Under the pieces are notes generated by a model. It did no database searches, was not told the DNA's origin, and was given only the letters and a program-made list of their open reading frames with translations. The translations under genes and the position numbers were made by a program. Shown here in pieces: positions 10,175 to 17,810 of a stretch of DNA of 19,862 nucleotides; within the stretch, counting starts at the first letter, position 1; each line of letters begins with the position of its first letter. This stretch comes from a virus (taxonomy: Duplodnaviria; Heunggongvirae; Uroviricota; Caudoviricetes): the IMG/VR virus record IMGVR_UViG_2516143081_000003, one strand, 5' to 3'.

Positions 10175-10345
10175 ATGTCAGAACGTAAAAACTCAAAATC
10201 ACGCCGTAATTATCTCGTTAAATGTTCCTGCCCAAACTGCACCCAAGAGTCAGAACACAGTTTTTCAAGAGTACAAAAAGGTGCCCTTTTGATCTGCCCT
10301 CATTGCAACAAAGTATTCCAGACAAATCTTAAAGCTGTAGCCTGA
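10175..10345 (+). CDS. Candidate zinc-ribbon small protein (56 aa; MSERKNSKSRRNYLVKCSCPNCTQESEHSFSRVQKGALLICPHCNKVFQTNLKAVA)
   Basis: ATG at 10175 with AGGA 7 nt upstream; paired Cys motifs CxCPNC and CPHC. Possibly the gene I recall as ynfU, but I am unsure of that name and location. Confidence 0.55.
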   Translation: MSERKNSKSRRNYLVKCSCPNCTQESEHSFSRVQKGALLICPHCNKVFQTNLKAVA

Positions 10346-10402
10346 TTGATTTTATTAGTAACAAGTATTTTTTATATTTTAATAATATATTTAAAGCAGA
10401 TA

Positions 10403-10427
10403 ATAAAAAACCCGCCTGAGCGGGTTT
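10403..10427. terminator. Bidirectional rho-independent terminator (CCCGC-CTGA-GCGGG)
   Basis: Flanked by an A-run upstream and T-run downstream. On the minus strand it reads stem plus UUUUUUAUUAUC and would terminate cspB; it is weaker on the plus strand for the zinc-ribbon ORF. Confidence 0.6.
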
Positions 10428-10708
10428 GAGATTGTGGTGCTTTTTGTGGGAGTCATCCACTTACGCACTTTGTTTTGCCATGCCAGCAGTTAGCTTCTGC
10501 TGTAAAACTATTCATGCAGCAAACCTGCACTTCACCACAATGGTTAGCATACTTTTCCTGATTAAGATTTTGCCAAATATGCTAGCCATTGTTTCATGTA
10601 TTGGACCTCCTTACTTTTTATTAAAGAGATCCAATATTCACTACTCTGTCCGTATCTCTACTCAGGCATCAGCCTTCTTCGTTATCGTATACAGACGAGC
10701 GATGAATT

Positions 10709-10924
10709 TTAATCAGTAATGATGACATTTGCTGCTGCAGGACCTTTAGCACCACTCTCTATAGAGAAGGTAACCTTTTGACCTTCAAATAAGGTTCGAT
10801 AATTATCATTCTGAATCGCAGAAAAATGCACAAACACATCTTTACTACCATCAACAGGAGAAATAAAGCCGAAACCTTTATCAGCGTTAAACCATTTTAC
10901 TAAACCAGTCATTTTATTTGACAT
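10709..10924 (-). CDS. cspB: Cold shock protein CspA family (71 aa)
   Basis: [23 protein letters not shown]... with RNP motifs. The upstream 5' UTR contains a cspA-like GCCGAAAGGC element just before the RBS. Confidence 0.95.
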   Translation of the reverse strand: MSNKMTGLVKWFNADKGFGFISPVDGSKDVFVHFSAIQNDNYRTLFEGQKVTFSIESGAKGPAAANVIITD

Positions 10925-11224
10925 TCTACATTCCTTAACTTGAGCCTTTCGGCATAAATGGTTTGCATAACAGAAACGACTTCGTACTTAATTGGAGAGA
11001 CTCAAAGAAGGAATAAGTGAATAACACCTGAAATGAGAACTGCTTTAGTAAACTACTTCGTATATCGTCTGTTCTTCAAACCGACGCAATCATTAACGCA
11101 TAGTTGAACATATGAAGCAATGTTTATTTTAGACATCCAGCCATCTTCAACCCCATCAAAAAACTATAGCTTTCTTCAGGAACGTGTGTATAGTGCGCCA
11201 AGTTATCAGTATTAAGGAATTTTT

Positions 11225-11437
11225 TTGTCCCGTAAAATGACAGGAATTGTCAAAACCTTTGACGGCAAAAGCGGCAAGGGTCTTATCACCCCATCCGATG
11301 GTCGTATCGATGTCCAGCTTCATGTTTCAGCGCTCAATCTCCGCGATGCAGAAGAAATTACCACCGGATTACGCGTGGAATTTTGCCGGATAAATGGTCT
11401 GCGTGGCCCTTCAGCTGCCAATGTTTACCTTTCATGA
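11225..11437 (+). CDS. cspF: Divergent CspA-family paralogue (70 aa), TTG start
   Basis: TTG at 11225 with AAGGAA 5 nt upstream. Cold-shock domain fold, but the RNP1 motif is degenerate (KSGKGLITP). Confidence 0.8.
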
Positions 11438-11491
11438 GCTATATTAAAGCTTTAATTTCAGGCCCCATCGGATCACACATGGAGAGTTTTT

Positions 11492-11581
11492 ATGAATAAC
11501 CCCGTCTGTCTTGATGACTGGTTGATTGGCTTTAAAAGCTTATGCTGTACTTTGGCCGTAATAGCTCTGCTAATAATATAA
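11492..11581 (+). CDS. Candidate 29-aa hydrophobic peptide ([29 protein letters not shown])
   Basis: Not in the ORF track. ATG at 11492 with GGAGAG 5 nt upstream; C-terminal TM-like segment; lies between cspF and a terminator. Confidence 0.35.
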
Positions 11582-11728
11582 TAAGCAGACTCATTGTGTT
11601 TAGGGACATTGTACTGGAAGAAAACATTTTAAACATCAGGCAAATAACCAAGTCACCAGCTAAATAATAAGTTAACAGACATGAGTCCCGGGATGAGATT
11701 CAACATTACCATTGCCCCATTTAAAGCA

Positions 11729-11765
11729 CAAAACCCGCTCATCAGCGGGTTTTCTACTTTTTCTT
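11729..11765. terminator. Rho-independent terminator (AAACCCGCT-CATC-AGCGGGTTT followed by TCTACTTTTTCTT on the plus strand)
   Basis: Strong for plus-strand cspF transcripts. On the minus strand it sits about 40-60 nt downstream of a candidate late promoter, in a tR'-like position. Confidence 0.6.
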
Positions 11766-11798
11766 AACGTCGGGTATACAAAGCCCATCGTTGAAAAA

Positions 11799-11827
11799 AT
11801 TTTATCCATATTTTTTGAAAAATGCAA
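11799..11827 (-). promoter_or_regulatory. Candidate late promoter (PR'-like) immediately downstream of Q
   Basis: Minus strand reads TTGCAT (11827-11822), 17-nt spacer, TAAAAT (11804-11799); located about 30-60 bp past the quuQ stop, as PR' is in lambdoid phages. Confidence 0.35.
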
Positions 11828-11858
11828 ACATCATGTCGCCATCTTCAGCAAAAATCAT

Positions 11859-12611
11859 TTATCTCGTCACCTTCCTCAATTGCGCTTCCGCGTATGCTTC
11901 TTCCTGCCAGCACTTTGTTACCAGTTTACCAATGACGTCCGCATACCCCTTATACCACTGATAATCGGTCAGGTCTGGTACCAGCTTCTGGACATGACGT
12001 CGTGCCAGCGTGGTCGGTAAACGACTAAACCGGTTTCCATTACAACGCCCACAAATCTTATATACCGGTACGCCATGAAACCGGGTTCTTTTTTCATCCA
12101 GAACAATCCCTTTACCCTTACACCCTCTGCACGCTGTGCTGGCTTCGCCCTTACCATGGCAATGCTGACATAGTTCCTTCACCCATTCTTCCTTGATTAC
12201 AGATTCCCCGCGTCTGTAGTGTTTCACCACTTCGCGCAATACATTATAAAATCCCGTACCTGAACAATGCTCACAGCGAGCCTTACTTGCCGCAGACCTG
12301 GAGTAATCAGCAAAGGCAAAACTCACGAGGTAAGGAATAATCTGTAACCGGATTTCTTCACTCAATTTGTTCAATGTCGGGTTATCCAGTGCCATCGCGT
12401 AATTTAGCAGGCCTTCAATCGCAAACTGAGGGTCCTGAACACCAACTTTTGCCAGAAATAAGGCCAACCCAAGTGGTGCTTTCGACTGCACCATCCCCTG
12501 CGCTGCCATTACATCCGTAATTGTTAAACAACCGGTGCCTGTCGCTGGAGCGTCATCGCTCAATTTTGGAGATTTTGGGGAGTAATATTTTGGTAAGGCT
12601 TCAAGGTTCAT
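11859..12611 (-). CDS. quuQ: Late-gene antiterminator Q (250 aa)
   Basis: ATG at 12611 with GGAGAA 5 nt upstream; Cys-rich zinc-binding region (CEHCSGTG...CQHCHGKG...CRGCKGKG...CGRCNG). The ORF-track start at 12641 is a TTG. Confidence 0.85.
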   Translation of the reverse strand: MNLEALPKYYSPKSPKLSDDAPATGTGCLTITDVMAAQGMVQSKAPLGLALFLAKVGVQDPQFAIEGLLNYAMALDNPTLNKLSEEIRLQIIPYLVSFAFADYSRSAASKARCEHCSGTGFYNVLREVVKHYRRGESVIKEEWVKELCQHCHGKGEASTACRGCKGKGIVLDEKRTRFHGVPVYKICGRCNGNRFSRLPTTLARRHVQKLVPDLTDYQWYKGYADVIGKLVTKCWQEEAYAEAQLRKVTR

Positions 12612-12624
12612 GCTCGTTCTCCAC

Positions 12625-13674
12625 TTACGCCAGTACGCCAATTGCCAGCGCGCGATCGATAAAACGAAATATCAGCTCCAGTTGAGAGCCATACTTATCT
12701 TCAAATGCCACTGTATCCGTATGCAGCTCGTTGTGATGCTTTCTGCACAAAGGCAACACAAAGAGATCATGTGCTTTTGTTCCCATTCCGCCCTGCCCGT
12801 GACCAATCAGATGATGCGGATCGTCGGCTGGCATACCGCAGCAAGCACACGGCTGTGTCTTAACCCAACGTGTGTATTTCTCCTTAACCCAGCGGCGACG
12901 TTTAGGCAGCTTCATGAAAGATTCCGGAGACTCTGGATCAACGGTGATGCTTACCACCGTCTTTTCCTGTGGTGATTTTTGTTGCTGGTGGGCGTAAGGC
13001 AACGGTGCAAGATTTTTTGTGCGTTGTTTCAATATGCTGGTGGCGGTCTGCTCTCCCGGTACGATGTCGCTTTCGCGGTACACCGAGCAGATTTTTTCCG
13101 CTGGTAATCCCAGCGAACGACGCGATACAGCCTCAGGTAGTGCATCCACCACCTGATTGCAGACCGCCCACCAGGATAATTCAGCCAAAGATAATTCCCG
13201 CTCCTGCGTACCGCTTATTGCGTGACGGATGACGTCAATCACCCATGCTGTCAGATTTTGTTGAGCAAGCAGCTCCAGTGATTCCGATGTCTGGTCACGC
13301 AGTTGGTTGTCGCAGTGCCAGCACAACACCATTGCGCCGGTACCATAACGGTGAATGACTGTTTCAGTGTGATGGTAATCGCCATTAGGCCACTGGCAGG
13401 ATGTAACATGACGTAATAGCCAGTCGGACAATGCGCCAACGCCGCCAGCAGCACGAATCACCCGTTCGTTACTAAAAAACGGCAGCAATGTTTTGTCTTC
13501 CGCCAGCGGCTGGCGAACGGCAGGAACGACTCCGGATGGCAGATTACGCATGCTTTTTGGTTCCGGTTCCACCAGCACTCGAGGATTATGAAATATCTGT
13601 ATGGATTCACGGCCCGGCTTAAGGACCACCAGCCCAAGCTCAGGCACCAGAACAGGTCTAAGTAATACCCGCAC
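12625..13674 (-). CDS. ydfU: Nin-region protein with a C-terminal HNH-type motif (DUF968-like, 349 aa from GTG)
   Basis: GTG at 13674 lies 1 nt after the stop of the upstream 92-aa ORF. C-terminus CACCGMPADDPHHLIGHG...HDLFVLPLCRKHHNELH fits an HNH zinc-binding nuclease fold. Confidence 0.8.
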   Translation of the reverse strand: MRVLLRPVLVPELGLVVLKPGRESIQIFHNPRVLVEPEPKSMRNLPSGVVPAVRQPLAEDKTLLPFFSNERVIRAAGGVGALSDWLLRHVTSCQWPNGDYHHTETVIHRYGTGAMVLCWHCDNQLRDQTSESLELLAQQNLTAWVIDVIRHAISGTQERELSLAELSWWAVCNQVVDALPEAVSRRSLGLPAEKICSVYRESDIVPGEQTATSILKQRTKNLAPLPYAHQQQKSPQEKTVVSITVDPESPESFMKLPKRRRWVKEKYTRWVKTQPCACCGMPADDPHHLIGHGQGGMGTKAHDLFVLPLCRKHHNELHTDTVAFEDKYGSQLELIFRFIDRALAIGVLA

Positions 13675-13675
13675 G

Positions 13676-13954
13676 TTACCTCCAGATCCGTTGCTGGAAA
13701 GTGCGGGACGCACGTGGTGGGCGTTCGGAATAAGGCAGCCTGACAGAGATTATCCAGTGCCGATAGTCGAGACTGAGAGCTTTCTTAACCTCGAACCCGC
13801 GCCTGCGGTAAGAATGAATCAGCCATTCGGCCTGTTCTGCAGTGCATGGAGGGTGCTGGAACCATTCAGACTTGAATGCGTGAGAATACCGCCCGTGCGT
13901 GCAGGCAAGAACGGGCGAATTATCAGAATTGTAATATTTTGCGTTGCGTGCCAT
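13676..13954 (-). CDS. Hypothetical 92-aa protein translationally coupled to ydfU
   Basis: ATG at 13954 with GGAG 7 nt upstream; stop TAA at 13676-13678 abuts the ydfU GTG. I do not recognise the sequence. Confidence 0.45.
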   Translation of the reverse strand: MARNAKYYNSDNSPVLACTHGRYSHAFKSEWFQHPPCTAEQAEWLIHSYRRRGFEVKKALSLDYRHWIISVRLPYSERPPRASRTFQQRIWR

Positions 13955-14020
13955 CGGTTTTCTCCGGTGGCACGGTGTTACTCAGCGGGAGTTCAGCCCC
14001 GCGCAAGATTGTAGATGAGT

Positions 14021-14272
14021 TTATTCTCCTGAAAAAGCAGAAAAGCCAGCTTTTATTCCGATCTCTTTCAATGCCTGTAATGAAGTGACAAACTCACCTT
14101 CGCGCAAGATAAATCCGTCCGTGACCCGAGCATCCACAAAATTAATTAACGCAGCCCCATTCTTTCGCAAACACATAATGCGGTAATGACTAACAAGATT
14201 TCCATTTTCAACGCACACAGCATAGAGGCCATCTTCACAAAAAATTTTACGCAGTTCTTCGATGTTCATCAT
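14021..14272 (-). CDS. rem: Small protein of unknown function (83 aa), probably Rem
   Basis: Tandem ATGs at 14272 and 14269 with GGAAGGA 5 nt upstream; immediately downstream of the hokD terminator. Name assigned by position and recalled length only. Confidence 0.55.
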   Translation of the reverse strand: MMNIEELRKIFCEDGLYAVCVENGNLVSHYRIMCLRKNGAALINFVDARVTDGFILREGEFVTSLQALKEIGIKAGFSAFSGE

Positions 14273-14385
14273 CAGAATCCTTCCGGATAATTAGCTCTCC
14301 CCTTTAAGGGACCATCCCTCTTATCCCTGCGCGCTACTTAAGTATTTTTGATTCTATTCCGGCACCGTCCAGAACTTCAAACGCG

Positions 14386-14420
14386 TTGAAAATAAAACAA
14401 AAACCCGCCGAAGCGGGTTA
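14386..14420 (-). terminator. Rho-independent terminator of the relB-relE-hokD operon
   Basis: Minus strand reads AACCCGC-TTCG-GCGGGTT followed by UUUGUUUUAUUUU, about 70 nt after the hokD stop. Confidence 0.65.
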
Positions 14421-14487
14421 AGTGCGGGTGCGTTGAGGATGCCTGCCACATCAGAGGTGGCGAGGGATTTCTCCCCCGCCGGGTCTC

Positions 14488-14643
14488 TTACTCCTCAGGT
14501 TCGTAAGCTGTGAAGACAGCGACCTCCGTCTGGCCGGTTCGGATTCGTACCTCGCAGAGGTCTTTCCTCGTTACCAGTGCCGTCACTATGACGGTTAAAC
14601 AGATGACGATCAGGGCGATTAACATCGCCTTTTGCTGCTTCAT
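14488..14643 (-). CDS. hokD: Hok-family membrane toxin (51 aa; MKQQKAMLIALIVICLTVIVTALVTRKDLCEVRIRTGQTEVAVFTAYEPEE)
   Basis: Not in the ORF track (under 60 aa); found by hand translation. AGGAGAAG lies about 6 nt upstream of the ATG at 14643; Hok-family TM helix and conserved Cys. Confidence 0.9.
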   Translation of the reverse strand: MKQQKAMLIALIVICLTVIVTALVTRKDLCEVRIRTGQTEVAVFTAYEPEE

Positions 14644-14714
14644 AGCCTGCTTCTCCTGTCAACGCAAAGCAGAAGTGTCACCTTCGGTGCGAAACAGAGA
14701 TGTCATGCTTTGGT

Positions 14715-15002
14715 TCAGAGAATGCGTTTGACCGCCTCGCTATATACTTCCGAGCGTTCTCTTTTCCCAACAGAAATCACGAAAACGACAACTTTCTCGT
14801 CTATAACCTGGTATACAAGGCGATAGCCTGAAGACCGGAGCTTAATCTTGTAACAATCAGGCATACCACGGAGCTTGTTTGCTTCAATCCGGGGTGACTC
14901 AAGTACTTCAACCAGCTTCTTTTTCAACTGTTCACGTACCGTCGAGCCCAGCTTTCGCCATTCCTTTAGTGCCCGCTCGTCAAAATCCAGAAAATACGCC
15001 AT
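14715..15002 (-). CDS. relE: RelE mRNA-interferase toxin (95 aa)
   Basis: Recognised sequence; start overlaps the relB stop (ATGA). Confidence 0.95.
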   Translation of the reverse strand: MAYFLDFDERALKEWRKLGSTVREQLKKKLVEVLESPRIEANKLRGMPDCYKIKLRSSGYRLVYQVIDEKVVVFVISVGKRERSEVYSEAVKRIL

Positions 15003-15241
15003 CAGAGTTCATCCAGCGTCACACGTACTGGCTTAGGATTACGAAGCCGTTCTTTCACTATCTCCACAAGTTCAGCATCTTCATCACTCAGGAGTGTCTG
15101 TTTGAACGGCAAGCGTTCATTGTCAGCGATATACTCGAGCATGAGACGAAGCGCTTCAGAAGGAGTTACACCCATTTTTTCAAGCGCGGCGTAAGAACGC
15201 GCTTTAAGTTCATCGTCAATACGCAGGTTAATGCTACCCAT
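15002..15241 (-). CDS. relB: RelB antitoxin (79 aa, ribbon-helix-helix)
   Basis: Recognised sequence MGSINLRIDDELKARSYA...; an operator palindrome lies directly upstream. Confidence 0.95.
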   Translation of the reverse strand: MGSINLRIDDELKARSYAALEKMGVTPSEALRLMLEYIADNERLPFKQTLLSDEDAELVEIVKERLRNPKPVRVTLDEL

Positions 15242-15252
15242 GTCTTACACCT

Positions 15253-15278
15253 CTTGTAATTACAAATGTCATTACAAG
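15253..15278 (-). promoter_or_regulatory. relBE operator (relO): palindrome TTGTAATTACAA within inverted repeats CTTGTAAT ... ATTACAAG
   Basis: Perfect 12-bp palindrome at 15255-15266, flanked by 8-bp inverted arms, between the putative promoter and the relB RBS. Confidence 0.7.
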
Positions 15279-15571
15279 TATCGCACTACAACATGCTTAG
15301 GGCAAGTCACGAAGGAAGTCAGAAAGTAGTCGTAAGAACGGTGATCACTGTCCGCTTTGTGCCAGGAGCAGCCATTGCTAAGTCCATCCTGTATTGTGCA
15401 GGTCAGCTCGTTTTTAAAGAGTCCGGCCATCATCTTACTGGTACAGACACCATATACTTTGTGACGGTCAGGCTACATATGCACAACTCAACTTATTCAT
15501 CTATTTTTTGCTTTAGCATGTCAGTGTTGCTTTCTCGTCGGCGGGTGAGCGGTGACCTGACCTGTCGATAA
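15266..15571 (+). CDS. ydfV: Doubtful ORF (101 aa) upstream of flxA
   Basis: ORF overlaps the relB operator and promoter region; no clear RBS; no recognisable domain. Symbol assigned by position from recall only. Confidence 0.3.
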   Translation: MSLQVSHYNMLRASHEGSQKVVVRTVITVRFVPGAAIAKSILYCAGQLVFKESGHHLTGTDTIYFVTVRLHMHNSTYSSIFCFSMSVLLSRRRVSGDLTCR

Positions 15572-15723
15572 AGGAACGTAACACGTTTTATGCAACACCC
15601 GCATGCGGCAGAAAATTATTGCCGAACGTTTACCCCTGTCAACAAGCTTTACTTTCTGAGGCGCGCCAGCCCGCGAGGAAAACAATCTGAACATCAAACA
15701 ATTAATGACACAAGAAATACGAT

Positions 15724-15750
15724 TAAAGATTTTTTTGTGCATGCCGATAG
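15724..15750 (+). promoter_or_regulatory. Sigma-28 (FliA) class 3 flagellar promoter driving flxA
   Basis: TAAAGATT (15724-15731), 11-nt spacer, GCCGATAG (15743-15750) against consensus TAAAGTTT-N11-GCCGATAA; about 25 bp upstream of the flxA ATG. Confidence 0.7.
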
Positions 15751-15773
15751 TGCTTTTTTAAAAGGAGAAATCT

Positions 15774-16106
15774 ATGTCTGTCACAATTCAGGGAAATACC
15801 TCAACCGTTATTTCAAACAACTCCGCCCCGGAAGGAACATCAGAAATAGCCAAAATCACAAGACAAATTCAGGTGCTGACTGAAAAGCTTGGGAAAATCT
15901 CATCGGAAGAGGGGATGACGACACAGCAGAAAAAAGAAATGGCTGCATTGGTACAGAAGCAAATTGAAAGCCTCTGGGCTCAACTGGAGCAGTTGTTAAG
16001 GCAGCAGGCAGAGAAAAAGAATGAAGACGCGACAGTTCAGCCTGATAAAAAAGAAGAGAAAAAAGACGATACAAATACCGCTGGCACCATTGATATTTAC
16101 GTCTAA
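15774..16106 (+). CDS. flxA: FliA-regulated protein FlxA (110 aa), coiled-coil Gln/Lys-rich
   Basis: ATG at 15774 with GGAG 6 nt upstream; the sigma-28 promoter directly upstream and a terminator directly downstream. Confidence 0.85.
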   Translation: MSVTIQGNTSTVISNNSAPEGTSEIAKITRQIQVLTEKLGKISSEEGMTTQQKKEMAALVQKQIESLWAQLEQLLRQQAEKKNEDATVQPDKKEEKKDDTNTAGTIDIYV

Positions 16107-16120
16107 GTGACAGCCGTATT

Positions 16121-16147
16121 GTGGCCCTCATCGGGCCACTTTTCGCC
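16121..16147 (+). terminator. Rho-independent terminator of flxA (GTGGCCC-TCATC-GGGCCAC followed by TTTT)
   Basis: Perfect 7-bp GC-rich stem followed by a T-run, 15 nt after the flxA stop. Confidence 0.7.
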
Positions 16148-16542
16148 ATCAGCCTTTTCTTTAAAGACATATTATCTTTGTATCATTTCTGATAGTTAAC
16201 ATTACAAGATATAAGTAATGGACGCACTCCCAATTAGTCTATTTAAATCGCCACGAGTTTAACTGACAACCCATGATCAATTATGAATTGCAACTATTTC
16301 TGTAGTCACTTTTGTGGGGACAGTCCACAAAACTGCCAACTTCCGCTTCTTGCTCTTAGCGGACATTAGCATAGGCTATTTACCATAACGCCTCATTACG
16401 CGCACCGCCCAGACTGACTCAGCGCGTTTCTGGCATATCCCCGGTAAAACAAGTAACAAACCACCCGAAAATGAACACCAGAAACGCGACTTAAGAATCT
16501 ACCCTATGAATGGATATGCACTCAACCGAATCGATCTTGGTT

Positions 16543-17307
16543 TCAATCTTTTTTATCGGGATCAGGCTTCTTTTTAGGTAACTTCGGGGGCTTAACTTGC
16601 TGATGACTTTGCGTTCGGCGCGTAAGCCAGGGATGGTCAGCTTTAGGTTTAACATAGTATTTTGAGCGTAAATCAATACGGGCATTATCCACTCGTTCAT
16701 GGACACTCTTTTCATCATCCAGTGGTATAGGCTCCGGGCCATCAACATACTTTTCCCAGCCCAGCGCTTTCCCGTCATACAGAACGTTAATTTCACCGTC
16801 AAAGTTCTCGCATACAGTAACAACCGAATGCCTAAGTCGATATCCCCGGCCCTCACTGCGTACCTGAAACGCACTGCTTTTGTACTGGAAAGTGAGATTT
16901 TTAGACAGAACGCGCTTCGCCTGTAGGCTGAAGATATAACCCAGTTCCTCTTCAGAATGGTGCACATCAAGATGAGCATTATCAGTAGTACGAGGCGACG
17001 TAGCGAACCGGTTGTTATAGGCTTCAATAAAGGTCGGCAACCATGCATTTGCTGTTTCAATATCACTGATATTCTGAAGCCGCATTTCTTTGACCAGCCT
17101 GTCCTGTAGTGTCTGATTGGCGCGCTCTACCCGCCCTTTTGCCTGCGGGCTGTTGGCATGGATTGGCTCGATGCCCAGTGTCTTTATCGCACGAGTGAAC
17201 TGGGTCAGCTCACCTTCCCGCTCTGGGTTATTTACCCTGAATATACTGTGTCTATCAGAGTAGAGAGCGAGCGGTACGCCATGATCATTAAGGTAGCCTT
17301 CCAGCGT
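16543..17307 (-). pseudogene. intK: 5'-truncated integrase-core (rve, DDE) transposase/integrase fragment
   Basis: One continuous minus-strand frame reads ...YLNDHGVPLALYSDRHSIFRVNNPEREGELTQFTRAIKTLGIEPIHANSPQAKGRVERANQTLQDRLVKEMRLQNISD... with the D and E motifs. It opens only after a TGA at 17310-17308 and lacks the N-terminal DNA-binding part and first catalytic Asp region. Confidence 0.7.
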
Positions 17308-17513
17308 TCAAATATCTTCACTCGATTAACGCCAAGCGCTCGCTGATCAATCGCGCCACCTTCATATGTGACACGCTGAACATCGATGTTCGGGCGCTCT
17401 TTCAAAGCCCAGAATGCTTCAGTGATTAATATCGTCGCCTGCTCCTGTGTCATTCCTGGTCGACATATCCAGGCATCCAGAGCCTCACGAGCCTGTTCAG
17501 GAGTGATTTTCAT
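17232..17513 (-). pseudogene. ydfX: 93-aa ORF overlapping the start of the DDE fragment in another frame, probably a remnant
   Basis: Its 3' third overlaps the DDE-fragment frame at a +2 offset; its 5' end overlaps dicC by 17 nt. Symbol assigned by position from recall. Confidence 0.35.
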
Positions 17514-17727
17514 TGTTCAACCGCCCCGCCCGCTTCGTCTTACGATATTCATCATAAACTTTGGGATCATACTGAAGCTCCCCGCCAGATGCCTCCTGTA
17601 GACGCATCGCGCGACCTTCGGGAACTAAATCCCCTTTCCAGCTATAAAGCGAAGCCAAACGAATACCTGCTGCTTGTGCAAGTTTTGTTTTTGAACCGAA
17701 ATACAAAAGAGCGTCAGTTTTAAGCAT
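17497..17727 (-). CDS. dicC: Cro-like regulator DicC (76 aa)
   Basis: Recognised sequence; divergent from dicA with operators in between. Confidence 0.9.
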   Translation of the reverse strand: MLKTDALLYFGSKTKLAQAAGIRLASLYSWKGDLVPEGRAMRLQEASGGELQYDPKVYDEYRKTKRAGRLNNENHS

Positions 17728-17741
17728 TTAAAACACCTTTA

Positions 17742-17808
17742 TTGTTAGTAATAACTAACAAGATAGATGTTAACAAAAACATAGTCAATACGATTTAGCA
17801 TTAGCTAA
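17742..17808. promoter_or_regulatory. dicC-dicA divergent promoter region with two palindromic operator motifs (TTAGY-N4-RCTAA)
   Basis: TTGTTAGTAATAACTAACAA (perfect 20-bp palindrome, 17742-17761) and TTAGCATTAGCTAA (17795-17808). Confidence 0.6.
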
Positions 17809-17810
17809 CT

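Noticed and set aside
12610-14014. Plus-strand ORFs (87-137 aa) across the ydfU/rem region
   Set aside because: Antisense to well-supported minus-strand genes; Pro/Arg-rich low-complexity products.
14488-14720. Sok-like antisense RNA and mok leader for hokD
   Set aside because: I looked for an antisense promoter and terminator pair around the hokD start and found none convincing. hokD appears to rely on the relBE transcript, so no antisense RNA is annotated.
16491-17066. 191-aa minus-strand ORF
   Set aside because: It is an alternative frame of the DDE integrase-core fragment, which has clear catalytic motifs in the other frame.
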